Counted from the first letter of the whole stretch, positions 45,339 through 58,735 are shown. The stretch: DNA of 63,978 bases, filler included, from Saprolegnia diclina VS20 (GCF_000281045.1; 6 parts of one record of this genome joined end to end with filler, not necessarily neighbours in it), one strand, 5' to 3'. Numbers and translations: made by a program. The notes: generated by a model from the sequence alone, not told the origin.

Positions 45339-46468
45339 GATGTGTTTGGTGTCGAGCAAATGCAGGAATGCGGCGTCGGAAGCCGATCGCTTTGGTTACC
45401 ATAATTATTCTTGCTGATTCGCGAGCCGCAGGTTCCCCACCACTCACCTGAAGGCCGTGAGTAGCATCGTTCGAATGAAGACTCGGTTGAACGTGTTGGG
45501 AGCGCCAGTCTTCCGTCGTCGTCACGGGAAGGAATGTCTCTGGCTTGGAGACGGTGTGCAATTTTGTGACTGCTACAGCGGGTGACGTTGTCTCCGTACT
45601 GTATGCGTGAAGGAGAAGAGCCATGAGAGACTCTGATGTGCTGTTGCTCTGTTACTCTAGTGTCTCGGCCAAGCCAAATCACCAAGCTGGATCCAAAACA
45701 ACGAGCTCGACGAACGCTATGTGTATACCTCGGTAACCACAGACCAGCCTCTGTTACCGAGGCAACAATAGCTACCTTGGTACGAGTGCCGGCAGGAGCT
45801 CTAGGGACGAGCTGATGCGAAGGAAACTTATGGAGTGCATGGTATACCGGTATGTCGCGATCCGAGATATTTGATAACTCACTGCACACCAAGTACACAC
45901 TTTGTCGCAAGACAACACGACGTCCATGACAAGATCGATATTGGCATCGGGAAACCCACTATGACTATATATATTCGACCCCAAGATCTTGACTTTTCTA
46001 CGCAGTATCAACAACTATCTTGGTGTTCACAAACTGCTCTCGTTCTTCATAATCTCGCTGAGAGTCATGGACTCGACTTCTCACGGCGAAGCTCTTTCAG
46101 AGTCGACGCTTCGTCTCATGTCCGGATGCAATGGCCAATGTGGTATCGCACAACGGCATTTTAGAGAGCCAGATCTTAGAGCAGTGATTAAAGACGTCAG
46201 ATCTTATTTCCAGCAGACCAACTAAGCTACGTCACTATCCGCCACCAAAGCCTTCTCAAAGGGCCCCAACAATCGAAGCTTGCATTGATCTTCTCTCCTT
46301 CCACCGTTCGGTTTTAAGCGTCTTCAACAATGCGACAGGTCGTTCGAACATATGTTGTCGCACGTCTTCCTTTGAACGACTGGAATCATCGACGATGAGT
46401 GTGTCGCGCGGCTTCAGCGATCGGCTTCCGACGCCGCATTCCTGCATTTGCTCGACACCAAACACATC

Positions 46469-46611
46469 ATGAACCCTCTCTCTGCTCTGCTCACCTTGAT
46501 GGCAGCCGCCGCCACGTCCGCCACGACCTACTGCGGCGACTCGGCCCTCTCCCTCACCTCGTACAACCCCGGTGCTTCTGCCATCTTCCCCGTCTCGTCC
46601 GTGCTCGTGAC
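46469..46611 (+). CDS. N-terminus of a secreted protein, partial, second copy
   Basis: Identical to 45196-45338, within a 196-bp inverted repeat (45196-45391 / 46416-46611). Confidence 0.6.
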
Positions 46612-46711
46612 NNNNNNNNNNNNNNNNNNNNNNNNNNNNNNNNNNNNNNNNNNNNTTAATTAATTAANNNNNNNNNNNNNNNNNNNNNNNNNNNNNNNNN
46701 NNNNNNNNNNN
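46612..46711. other. Artificial scaffold spacer
   Basis: N44-TTAATTAATTAA-N44. Confidence 0.97.
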
Positions 46712-47284
46712 GTACATGCATTACGTGCATGCCGCGTCATGGCCTCGGAATAAGCATCTGATTTCAGAGCACGAGCCACTGAACCCACGTGCTCTCACCC
46801 AGTACGAGCTCCCAGTTCGAAGAGTGTCATGGTACTAGTGGTCGCAAAGCGTTGTATGATGAATCGATCCCCTTGGAGTCGGCGCCTCCGTCACCAAACT
46901 CCCTGCACTAACACCAAGTCTAGTCTACTTCATAACTAAGAGCTCGCATGCAGCATCAAACCATAAAGGCAAAGTGGTTAACCGGTACTACTATTTGCTT
47001 TGACGAACCGTGTGGTCGCATCCATGACCCACAATCCTGCGATGCAATGTCCAAGGTTCATGAACCCGTCGTCGTGTCGCGCCTCCACATGCTGCCACGT
47101 GTTCGCCTTGCCATTGGTGGGTGGGAAACAGGTGTGTTTTGCATACTGAATGCGAGTTGCGTGGAAAGCCCACGCGTGTCTTTTGATTTGCACCAAGTGA
47201 CACTCGCCGACGTCATTCTTGTGCGAGGACGTGAGGGCCACTGTACCGTAACGAGCGCACCACCTGTCGCACTCACCAAGAAGC

Positions 47285-49978
47285 ATGCTCGTCGCCAAGC
47301 TCCTGGTAGCGGCGGCCCTCGTCGGCGTCGAGGCAGCGGTCTGCCCGTACAAGGACTACCCGTCGGGCTGGCTGCTCGTCGCCGATGGCAACTGCTCGGC
47401 CTCCATCACGCTCTGTGCGACCAACAACAAGTGCGACCGCAAGGTGGCCATCGACTACGGAACCAACACGACGTTCTCGGGCTGGACCGGCGTCGGCAAC
47501 TTGGCCGACTACGCGGCCGACGAACTGTACGACAACGCGCGCGCTGTCCCTGCATACACTCATGGTGACGCTGCGTAGGACGTTCAAGGACTCGGCGTCG
47601 CTCACGATTGCGCGCATGAGCTTGCCCAACAAGGTCAACTACCTGTACGCTTGCATTTGCGCCCGTGTATCTTGCTAACGAATTGTCGACGCTAGGTCCT
47701 TTGACAATGTGACCAAGATCGACCTCGACAACACGGCGCTGACGCAGTGGAGCTCGGTCAAGACCTTGTAAGTGCATTTGAATCGCTAGGAATGATACTG
47801 ACAGACCAATTGGTAGGGAAATTCTCAACAGTCCCGTCAACTTTCCCAACATTGGCGTCGTATGGCCGACCAACCTCGACCTCGTGTACGATGCGATTTG
47901 GATTATAGAATATTTGCTCAAACTGTCCGTAGTGTGCTCATGAACAACAAGATGAACAATATTCCGCAGTTTCTTCCGACGACGCTCACGCAACTGTCCT
48001 CTCTTGCCTTCCACGCGATCGTATCTAACCCTATTTTGCTTCTATAGGGCGATTCAGAGCAATTACCTCACGGATCTTGTGTATTTGCCCAAGAATCTCG
48101 TTTTTTTGTACGCTCCATTCACCATATTTGAGGTTTGAACTATGGATCACGTTAGGAACATTGCCGACAACAACTTCAAGACGCTAACCAACGTCGACTT
48201 GCGCGCACTGGAATACCTGTACATCGCTCTCGTGTCTTTTGCATTCGCATTACTTGGCTGCTGCTAGGTACATTCCCAACAATGACCATCTGACAACATT
48301 TGCCAACGTGCAGCTGTCGTCCAAGCTCGCCTTTGTGTACAGTCTCGCAAGTGGCAACGCCGTGCTCACCATGCTTGTGTAGCCACATGATCAACTGCTC
48401 GAGCCTCACCAACATCACGCTCGATGCGACCTCGTACGCCGCCCTCAACAAGCTCCAGCCGTGGAATGGTGACACCGAGACCGACACGCCGACAGGCTAC
48501 GCCATCAACTACGCGGTGGCGACCGACGCTGCCGCGTGCACGGCGGTTGGCGGGTCCATCAAGAAGCTGTGGGAAACCTCGTCCAAGGTCTCTGTCACTG
48601 CGTGCGTCACTGGCGCGTCGGGTACTATGACACGTTGCGTTCTATGTGTTTCGATGGCTCATTTTGACGACTAGGGAATGCAACGACGACGGAGCCGTCG
48701 ACGTCGGGTGGCAGCAGTACGCCTTCCTTTGCGACGACCACTACTAATTATGTGGTGTAGACACGGGGCTTATTGTCGGCATCGCTGTCGGCGTCGTCGT
48801 CGTCATCGCCGTGATCGCCTTCTTTGTCCTTCGCCGCAAGCGCAAGAATGAGCCAGCGCCGGCCTCCAACGGCTTTCAGTGCCAAGCGCCCGACTACGGG
48901 TACGGCAAAGACACGACTGGCACGGGCGGCCATACCAACGGCACCGGTGGCTACACCAACGGCACCGGCGGCCTCACGATCGGCACCAACGGCACCGGCG
49001 GGCCGTCCAACGGCACCAGTGGCACGCGTGGGTCCCTTGCTTACCCCGACGCCGACATCATTCTCGACGTCAAGCCTCTGCTGCACCACCGTCTCGAGCT
49101 CTCAGATCTCTATGTGACGTCCAACAAACCGCTCGCCTCTGGCGCCTTTGGCGAAGTTTGGCTCGGCTCGTACGGCGGCAAGCAGGTCGCGATCAAGCGC
49201 ATGAAGAACCAAGAGGCGCGTATGGTCCAAAAGTTCATTGACGAGATCGTCCTCATGTCGCAGTATGTTCAACTCGATCTTCACTCATTCAGCGGTGCAG
49301 CGCCTAACGTTGACAATGTGTAGGATGAGCAGCGACTATATTGTCAAGTTTGTCGGCGCCAGCTGGACCCGTCCGATCGAGATCGAGTGCGTCGTCGAGT
49401 TTATGGACCTTGGCGACTTGAGATCCTTCCTCGTCAACCAGTCGCCGGCGCAGTTTAGCTGGGACCAAAAGTACAACTGCATCCTGGCCATTATCCGGGG
49501 TCTGGTCTACCTCCACACGTACAAGCCGCCGATCATCCACCGCGATCTCAAGTCTCGCAACGTCCTCCTCGACTCGGTCAAGGGCACCAAGCTCACCGAC
49601 TTTGGTGCTTCGCGCGTCGCCGAAGAAGACGATCTCATGACCAACGGCATTGGCACGTACCAGTGGATGGCGCCGGAAGTCATCTCGGGCACCAACTATG
49701 GCGCGCCGGCCGACGTGTACTCGTTCGGTATCATCTTGTCGGAATTTGCGACGCACCAAGTGCCGTACGCCGACCTGCGGCACCCGGACTCTGGCAAGCC
49801 GCTGCCGCAGCACTACGTCTTGAACAACGTCCGCGAAGGCAAGCTGCACCCGACGTTCGACGGCGAAGGCGTGCCGGCGTGGGTCAAGGACATTGGTCTG
49901 CAGTGTCTCTCGCTGTACGAAGAGGACCGTCCGACGGCGCTGCAGTTGTCGTCGATGCTGAGCCGCTGCAAGCCGTAA
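47285..49978 (+). CDS. LRR receptor-like kinase (TKL) 1, about 12 exons
   Basis: Signal peptide, CPY Cys cap, seven 60-72 nt LRR exons, TM plus RRKRK, kinase GAFGEVW/VAIK/HRDLKSRN/DFG/WMAPE. Confidence 0.9.
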
Positions 49979-50782
49979 GCAACGAACGGTAAGCAGTGCT
50001 TCTTACGAGAATTTTGCGCCTTTTGAACCATGCAATGAATGGATTTGTGTTGAATCTAGTTGTTGTTTACTGGTATCGTACAATTCGTAACTCGTGCAAT
50101 GGCAATGATCCGATAATGCCTCGAGTTTGCACTTGTGCGAAGCTCGCAATGGGGAGCCATTTATCCGGATCCGGTTGAACACCGACCCATGGTTTGAGGA
50201 CCGCCGAGGAACGACGGGAGCAGTCGCTGCTTCCGTACCTCCAGCCGAATGAAATGGCGCGACTACTAGTACAGGCGAGCCGTCAGAGTTTGGTCCGGTG
50301 GTGTATTATTGCACTTTCGAACCGCATGGTACCACCTACTCCTTGCTCTGTGACACTGAACGCAGAACTCCGACGACTCTTTGGTTGACGGTTTACGTCT
50401 TGTACCAGGTAGGTTCAGCTGCCGGTTTGTTACTTCACTCATTCGGTATCACGTCCGCTGTGACCAGAGGTTTGTGCCCAGCAAATGAACGGCTTCCGTC
50501 GAGGCAGGCGCCACCAAATGCAACTTGTAGCTCGGCCGTTCGAACGATCGAACAGTGTGGATACAACCGACGCCACACTGTACTTTCTCGCAATAAGATC
50601 TGCAGCATACATACATTTGGACACTGATCTTATTGCTCTACTGCACGCATGGCCAGCACCGTCTGAACAGTGCGACCCCGTGCAAGGCGCGCGACACAGC
50701 GGCCCTACAAACCTCAAGTCGACGACGTTTCTATTCCCCACGGATTGGCGCTATCGAGGCGCCATCTCATTCTCCAAGAAGC

Positions 50783-53399
50783 ATGCGCCGTGCCAAAGTG
50801 CTTTTGACGGCGGCGACGGCCGTCCATGCGGCGACAGCCTGCCCGTACGCCAACTACCCGAGCGGTCCGATCCTTGTTGCCGACGGCAACTGCTCCCAGC
50901 CCCGAGCCGTGTGCGTGACCGACAACACGTGCAACCGACGCAATGCGACGAGCATTCCGGGCTACATTTTTTCAAACATTACGAGCCTCGGCAATTTCAG
51001 CGACTACGTTGACGACAGCGTGTACGATCGATCGATATCTACGTGGCGGACCCTAATCTCTACGACTCGACTAGGGTCGTCAAAGACGTGCCGTCCATCA
51101 CGATCGCCAACATGGTGTTGCCACCGACAGTGGCGGGGCTGTACGACGCTTTGGTGTTCTTCTCCTTTTGTACTGATGTCACATTTGACTAGCATTTTTG
51201 ATAATGTGACCAAGATCGACTTGGAGAATACAGCGCTGACGCAGTGGGACTCGATCGAGACCATGTTTGTGGTTCCACATGTCGATATTATGCTCATGAC
51301 TGTCTACGATGCTAGGGCGTTCATCGATTGCCCCATTATCTTTCCCAACGTGGGTCTCGTATGGCCCCCCAACATTGATTTTTTGTCCGCGTCCTTTTGG
51401 TATATAGTCCATTGTCTCACTGTGTACTAATTTTAGATGGCTCGAAAACAACAAGATGAACAACATTCCGCAAAACCTTCCGTTGACCATCTCGCAGTTG
51501 TACGTGACACTCCTTGGGATGCTTATCGATAATATTGTCGAATATTGTAGGACGGTCAGTGGCAACAACCTCCTGGACATCAACTACTTGCCAAGCTATA
51601 TTCCGATCGTGTACGTCCAACGACCACACCTATTTTTTTCTCAACTCTGCCTCGTGTAGGGACCTTCCAAACAACAAAATCAAGTCGATCGTTAACGTCG
51701 ACTTGCGCGCAGTCCGACTTTTGTACGTCTACAATCTCTTTATATTGTCTCACTGCGACATAAATTTAGGAACCTCGCCAACAATACAGGCTTGACGACC
51801 ATCGCCAACGTTCGATTTGGCAACCTTACCTCCTTGTACGCTGCGTCATTATTGACGCCGTCATCTATCGTATTCACTTGTATCTCTCTAGTCAGCTGAC
51901 CAACTGCTCGGGCTTGAACAACATTACGCTCGATGCCGAGTCGTATGCGGTTCTCAACAAGCTGCAGCCACCGGACCCGAACCTCGCCAAGGACGTTCGC
52001 GTGCCGCCAACATACTACATCAACCACCCAATCGAGACGAACGCCGCCGCGTGCACGGGCCTCGGTGGGTCAATCCAGAAGCTGTGGGCCAACACGTCCA
52101 AGGTCGCGGTTACCGTGTGTGTGACGGGTGCTTCCGTGGCAGGTAGTACTGGCACAATTGTTGTCGTTCGAGGTTCTCATAGTTGACATGTACTAGCTAC
52201 GAATGTGTCAACCACCGACACCAGCAATAACAGTACGAAATGCTCATGTAAAGATCGTGGCCGAGGGTGGCGAATGCGTAGGTACGGGCCTCATTGTTGG
52301 CCTTGTCGTTGGTGTCGGCGTCCTTCTGGCTCTTGTCGCCGTCTTTGTCGTTCGTCGTCGGCGCCGCCAAGCAATTGACGACTACGTGCGCTACCATGTG
52401 CCTGGAACCGACGGCACCGAGGGTCTCTCCAACAGCTTTAGTGGGCGCGGTGTCCTCGCTTACCCCGACGCCGACGTCCATCTCGACGTCAAGCCACTGC
52501 TCGACTACCGCCTCGAGCTCTCAACCCTGCACGTGACGTCCAACAAGCCGCTCGCGTCTGGTACGTTTGGCGAAGTCTGGCTCGGCAAGTACGGCGCCGA
52601 GCAAGTCGCGATCAAGCGCATGAAGAACCAAGAGCCGCGCAGTGTCCAAAAGTTCATTGACGAAATCGTGCTCATGTCGCAGTACGTCAACAATTCTATC
52701 GTTCTATTCTGTGCGATGAAACGGTTACGACGACAACTTGTGCGTAGAATGCAGAGCGACTACATTGTCAAGTTTGTCGGTGCCAGCTGGACCCGTCCGA
52801 TTGAGATCGAGTGCGTCGTCGAGTTTATGAACCTCGGCGACCTCCGCAGCTACCTCGTGAACCAGTCGCCGGCGCAGTTCAGCTGGGACCAAAAGTACCA
52901 GTGCATCCTGAGTATCGTCCGGGGTCTTGTGTATCTTCACACGCACAAACCGCCGATCATCCACCGCGACCTCAAGTCCCGCAACGTCCTTCTCGACTCG
53001 GTCAAGGGCACCAAGCTCACCGACTTTGGCGAGTCCCGCGCCGCCGAGGCCAATGATACGATGACAAACGGCATCGGCACGCACCTCTGGATGGCACCGG
53101 AAGTCATCTCGGGCACCCACTACGGTGCACCCGCCGACATGTACTCGTTTGGCGTCATCCTCTCTGAGTTTGCGACGCATCAAGTACCGTACGCCGACCT
53201 GCGCCACCCGGACACGGGCCATCCTGTGAACCAACTCTACGTGATGAACCACGTCCGCGAAGGCACGCTGCACCCGACCTTTGACGGTGAAGACGTGCCG
53301 ACGTGGGTCCAGGACATTGGTTTGCAGTGTCTCTCACTCAATGAAGACGACCGACCGACGGCACTGCAAGTGTCGGCGATGCTGAGTCGCTGCAAGTAG
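50783..53399 (+). CDS. LRR receptor-like kinase (TKL) 2
   Basis: Same exon layout as copy 1; TM GLIVGLVVGVGVLLALVAVFVV followed by RRRRR; intact kinase motifs. Confidence 0.9.
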
Positions 53400-53431
53400 T
53401 GCATTTTGTAATATGTAGGAGCTCGTAGTTG

Positions 53432-53531
53432 NNNNNNNNNNNNNNNNNNNNNNNNNNNNNNNNNNNNNNNNNNNNTTAATTAATTAANNNNNNNNNNNNN
53501 NNNNNNNNNNNNNNNNNNNNNNNNNNNNNNN
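53432..53531. other. Artificial scaffold spacer; flanks overlap by 34 nt (53398-53431 = 53532-53565)
   Basis: N44-TTAATTAATTAA-N44 with duplicated flanks. Confidence 0.97.
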
Positions 53532-53963
53532 AGTGCATTTTGTAATATGTAGGAGCTCGTAGTTGTTGAAGAGAGTTCACATACCGTGTCGGCGCCACCG
53601 AGTCGGTATACGTCCAGTCGGACTGCTGCAAAGATACCGGTCACGTCAGCTGAACTTTTAGCTACGCACTAGTATATATATCATTCGTATCATCCATTCA
53701 TTGCATTTTGGCCGAACCCAAGTTGGCACGCGGTTTTTCCTCTGGAAAATCCTCAAAAATATTTAATGGACGGAATACAGCATTCCACGCAATGAGCCCG
53801 GATGCCAAGTGCTTCGTTGTGTTTTTGTCTACGAAATGGAGCTCCAAGCGGCTGAATCCGTTGAGAGGAAGTGGTGAAAGCCCTCCAGAATGCACTGACC
53901 ACTGGCCACTGGATAGCCACTTGTCGTCGTTACTCACTGGATCAGCATCATTTTCCAAAAAGC

Positions 53964-56501
53964 ATGGTGCTCATTGCGGTGCTCCTCGCGGTCGTCTTGC
54001 TGCGTGTCGGCGGCTCCATCCCAACTTGCGCCTACATGGACTACCCAAGCGGCGTGATCGTCGTCGCCGCTGGCAACTGCACTGTAGCGCGCACGGTGTG
54101 CGCCACAAACAACCAGTGCGACCGACTCGACGTGGCAAGGACATTCACGAGCAATGTCTTTACGAACGTCATCGGCATGGGCCGCTTGCCCGATTATACC
54201 TTTAGCAACTTGTAGTCGTTGCACACGTCGTTGCACGCTCACTCTTTGTCGTAGGACCATCAAAGATGTCCCGTCCATCACGATCGGACACATGGACCTC
54301 CCAAAAACGGTCACGACCTTGTACGCTATATGTCTCTTGCGAAACAAGTGGACGATGTTGCACTAGAACATTTGACAACGTGACCAACGTCAACGTGTCC
54401 AAGTCGTTCGGGACGGCGTGGACCTACATCAAGACGTTGTGCGTCGTCGTGCACAGTGCGCAGCATCCTTCTAATGCACGTAGCGGCTAGGGAGTTTATC
54501 AACAGTCCCTTCAATTTCTCTGACGGCGTCGTGTGGCCAGTCTGCGTCGAGCGCCTGTACAAGGACCTTCTTTCTTTGAAATAAGATCTCATCGTGGCGC
54601 GCCTGTAGGACGCTTGTCAACAACGCGCTGAGCACCATGCCAGTCACTTTTCCCTCTACCATCACACAACTGTAGGACGACCTTGTCTCGTGCTTCTACG
54701 ACCAAATTATACGTAGTTGGATTCGCGACAACCTTTTCACCGATCTCCGCTCCGTACCCACCAATCTCACCTTCTTGTAGAATATGACATTAATTTGTCG
54801 TACGTTTTTAACCGAAAAGGATGGACTAGGAATATTGGCGCCAACAAACTCAAGTCCATCGTCAACGCCGACTTGCGCTCGCTCCGCTACCTGTGCGCGT
54901 GTCTCGCTCGATACGGTATCTTCATACATCCGATTAGGTCCATGAGCGACAACAGGGACTTGACTACGATGAACGACGCTCGGTTTGCCAGCATTGCATT
55001 CCTGTACGACCTATCCACTTTGAGTCAGTCGGGACGACTATTTTTGTAGAAATTTGACCAATTGCCCAAACCTTGCAACCATTTGCGTCGACGCACCCTC
55101 GTACGCGGCTCTGAACGCGCTAAACCCTTGGGACAGCAACGTGACCACGGACGCGCCGACCGGGTTCAGCATCAACTACCCTATCGCAACGGACGCTGCG
55201 ATGTGTGCCGACCTCGGTGGGTCCATCCAAAAGCTATGGGAAAACACGTCCAGTGTCGCTGTCGCCGTGTGTGTTACTGGTATGGTCGCAATATCGATCC
55301 CAAGTGTCTGATGATGGCTGCTAGATTCGAAGCTAGATGGCGGTAGTCGTATGTCTCCTAGTTTGCCACGATCATGAGGTCACTAAGAGTGTCAATGTCA
55401 TAGGCACGGGTCTCGCCGTCGGCATCATGTGCAGCGCTGCTATCACTGTGGTCGTGGTTGTCTTGTTCGTACTTCGGCGCCGGCGCAAGCCCCTCACCTC
55501 GCTCTTTGGCTACATCCAAGCATCTGGGACCAAAAGTACGGGCGGTCTATCGAGCAGTCGCAGTGGCGCAAGAAGAGCATATGCGGACGCCATTCTCAAC
55601 GTCAAGCCACTCCTCCACCACCGTCTCCAGATCTCGGATCTGCGCGTCACCTCCAAGAAACCGCTCGGGTCTGGTGTCCTTCGGGAAAACTGGCTCGGCA
55701 AGTACGGCACCCAGCACGTCGTCATCAAGCGCATGAAGCACCAAGAGCCCCGCATGGCTCAAAAGTTCATCGACGAAATCGTCCTCATGTCGCAGTACGT
55801 CGTTCGCTCATGATAGANNNNNNNNNNNNNNNNNNNNNNNNNNNNNNNNNNNNNNNNNNNNNNNNNNNNNNNNNNNNNNNNNNNNNNNNNNNNNNNNNNN
55901 NNNNNNNNNNNNNNNNNNNNNNNNNNNNNNNNNNNNNNNNNNNNNNNNNNNNNNNNNNNNNNNNNNNNNNNNNNNNNNNNNNNNNNNNNNNNNNNNNNNN
56001 NNNNNNNNNNNNNNNNNNNNNNNNNNNNNNNNNNNNNNNNNNNNNNNCCCACCGATCATCCACCGCGACCTCAAGTCCCGCAACGTCCTTCTTGACTCGG
56101 TCAAGGGCACCAAGCTCACCGACTTTGGTGCTTCCCGCGTCGCAGAAGGCGACGACACTATGACCAACGGCATCGGGACATACCAGTGGATGGCGCCGGA
56201 AGTCATCTCGGGCACCAACTATGGCGCACCCGCCGACATGTACTCGTTTGGCGTCATCTTCTCTGAGTTTGCGACGCACCAAGTGCCATACGCCGACCTG
56301 CGCCACCCGGACTCGGGCAAGCCGCTGCCGCAGCACTACGTCTTGGATCACGTCCGTGAAGGCAAGCTACACCCGACGTTCGACGGCGAAGGCGTGCCGG
56401 CGTGGGTCAAGGACATTGGTTTGCAGTGTCTCTCCCTCAATGAAGACGACCGGCCGACAGCACTCGACGTATCGGCGATGCTGAGTCTGTACGGGCCGTG
56501 A
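53964..56501 (+). CDS. LRR receptor-like kinase (TKL) 3 with degenerate glycine loop; internal N gap
   Basis: Signal peptide, LRR exons, TM, kinase with GSGVLRENW in place of ASG.FGEVW; HRD and DFG retained. Confidence 0.82.
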
Positions 56502-56949
56502 GCCAGACCGACTGGTGGTCGTTTATTGTTCTAGCATCTTGAGGGTTTTAGCAACTTATATGTGTGTGGACGTGCTTTTGGTTGTGGATGATTGCGCCGC
56601 TTGGCACCCAATGCCTCGTACGCGTAAGGTGCTTCGAGGCCTCGGGCAGCGACAAGCAAGTGCAGCATTGCCAAATTTTTTTCTGAGCTTCCGATCTACG
56701 CTGAGCGTCCGCCACGTAGATTGTATCCGGATGTGCGCTCCAAAGGTTTTGCACCGATTCTCTGTCAGCGAAGATTGTTTGTGTACAATTGTACGACTTT
56801 GAACGACTGGAATGACGTTTCGCTGGTTGGATAGACAAGGGCCAAGATGATGTCGATCACACAGCTCCCTCCAACGATCCATCTCTACCCAATGACATCG
56901 TATCATGAGTGCCAAGGATATATGAGAAGCATTTTTGTCTCAGCGCACA

Positions 56950-57575
56950 GGAATGTAATATTGGACAATTGGACAGCGTGGATGGTCGTCAGCTTTGCGT
57001 TCTCGCTGATGTACCTATTCCACGATCGTCGTAAGAACAAAACGCGGCGAGTTCGGACATGGCGACAGAGTCGTGAGCGAGCGCAAGTCGACGTTGGAGA
57101 TCGTCGTAAAGTTGTTGTTGGCAATGTCCCTACGTAAACGTGTCGTAAACACCAAATTTCAGGAATCCAATGTCGTACAAAAGCTCGAGACCAGTCGTGG
57201 CCAAAGCGTTGATATCGGTGAGGTCGTTGGCAGAGAGCCAACTAGAGAACACTGCATCAATCGTTCATCGTGACAAAGTCGCCGTCACTTACAGTTTCTG
57301 GAGCGTTGGCGGGAGGTTCTCAGGAACATTGCGCAGCTTGTTGTTCTCCAGAGCGCTGCACAAGCTATGAGGTCCATCGCTTTCGATATAAAGGATGTAC
57401 ACAGCGTCAAGATTTGGTGGCCACACCACGCTGGACACATTCGTTGGGCTGTTGATGAATTTCCTAGCGCGGCTCGTTCAAGATAAAGTTGTACACGAAA
57501 AGACGTACAACGTTCGCAGAGAACGCCACTGCGTGGTGGCCGTCGCGTTCAGGTCGATTTTGGTCACATTGTCAA
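56950..57575 (-). pseudogene. Inverted LRR-ectodomain fragment (6 exons) with no downstream TM or kinase visible
   Basis: Exons DNVTKIDLN..TQW, EFINSP..VWPPNL, LENNKLRNVPENLP, LSANDLTDI, DIANNNFTTISNVDLR, YISENAKLTTI match the RLK LRR exons. Confidence 0.7.
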
Positions 57576-57924
57576 NNNNNNNNNNNNNNNNNNNNNNNNN
57601 NNNNNNNNNNNNNNNNNNNNNNNNNNNNNNNNNNNNNNNNNNNNNNNNNNNNNNNNNNNNNNNNNNNNNNNNNNNNNNNNNNNNNNNNNNNNNNNNNNNN
57701 NNNNNNNNNNNNNNNNNNNNNNNNNNNNNNNNNNNNNNNNNNNNNNNNNNNNNNNNNNNNNNNNNNNNNNNNNNNNNNNNNNNNNNNNNNNNNNNNNNNN
57801 NNNNNNNNNNNNNNNNNNNNNNNNNNNNNNNNNNNNNNNNNNNNNNNNNNNNNNNNNNNNNNNNNNNNNNNNNNNNNNNNNNNNNNNNNNNNNNNNNNNN
57901 NNNNNNNNNNNNNNNNNNNNNNNN

Positions 57925-58246
57925 NTACCAGTGGATGGCGCCGGAAGTCATCTCGGGCACCCACTACGGTGCACCCGCCGACATGTACTCGTTCGGCATC
58001 ATCTTGTCGGAATTTGCGACGCACCAAGTGCCGTACGCCGACCTGCGCCACCCAGACTCTGGCAAGCCGCTGCCGCAGCACTACGTCTTGGATCACGTCC
58101 GCGAAGGTACGCTGCACCCAACGTTGGACGGCGAAGGCGTGCCGGCGTGGGTCAAGGACATTGGTTTGCAGTGTCTCTCCCTCAATGAAGACGACCGGCC
58201 GACAGCATTAGACGTTTCAGCTCTCTTGAGCCTTTATGAGCCATAA
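57925..58246 (+). CDS. TKL kinase C-terminal fragment (LRR-RLK family), partial
   Basis: YQWMAPEVISG...DRPTALDVS; starts at an N gap. Confidence 0.75.
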
Positions 58247-58735
58247 ACGCTGAGCTTGCCTTTGTTTCTCATTTCGAATTGTGTTGCTGAAGAATGGGCA
58301 CTTGGGAGTGAGTTGCAACCTTTGCCATCGTCCAATATGGCTGCGTGTTGCGCTCAACACTGCATGGATGCAGGCGTGGGCTACCAGCAATGCATGATTG
58401 AATAGAATTTCCATCGCACTCTCTAATGAGTCGTTCGCGACAGGAACCGACGTTTAGAACCACCTTGAAGGTCATGCGTTCTTGCCACGGTTACACGAAG
58501 GTTATGTGTCCGTGACAAGGATATAATTTATGAGTATACGAATATTAGCGTCAACGCATTAGGCGTTTCCAAGCACGATTCTAATATCGACGCTTGCAAA
58601 ACGTTAGCAGACCTAAGTAAAAAGGCAGGTCGAGACAAAATGAATGCGAAGGTCCGAGCTAGGGTTTATGGAACTGCTGCCTCTGGGCTGATGTAAACTA
58701 AAGTATCCTACTGTTAGTTGGCTAGTTGTCATCGC

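Noticed and set aside
43480..45624. 714-aa GST fusion ORF and other ORFs spanning N runs
   Set aside because: Created by translation through assembly gaps
46256..46415. DTLIVDDS segment resembling an FCP1/NIF phosphatase motif
   Set aside because: Isolated short motif with no DxDxT or supporting exons
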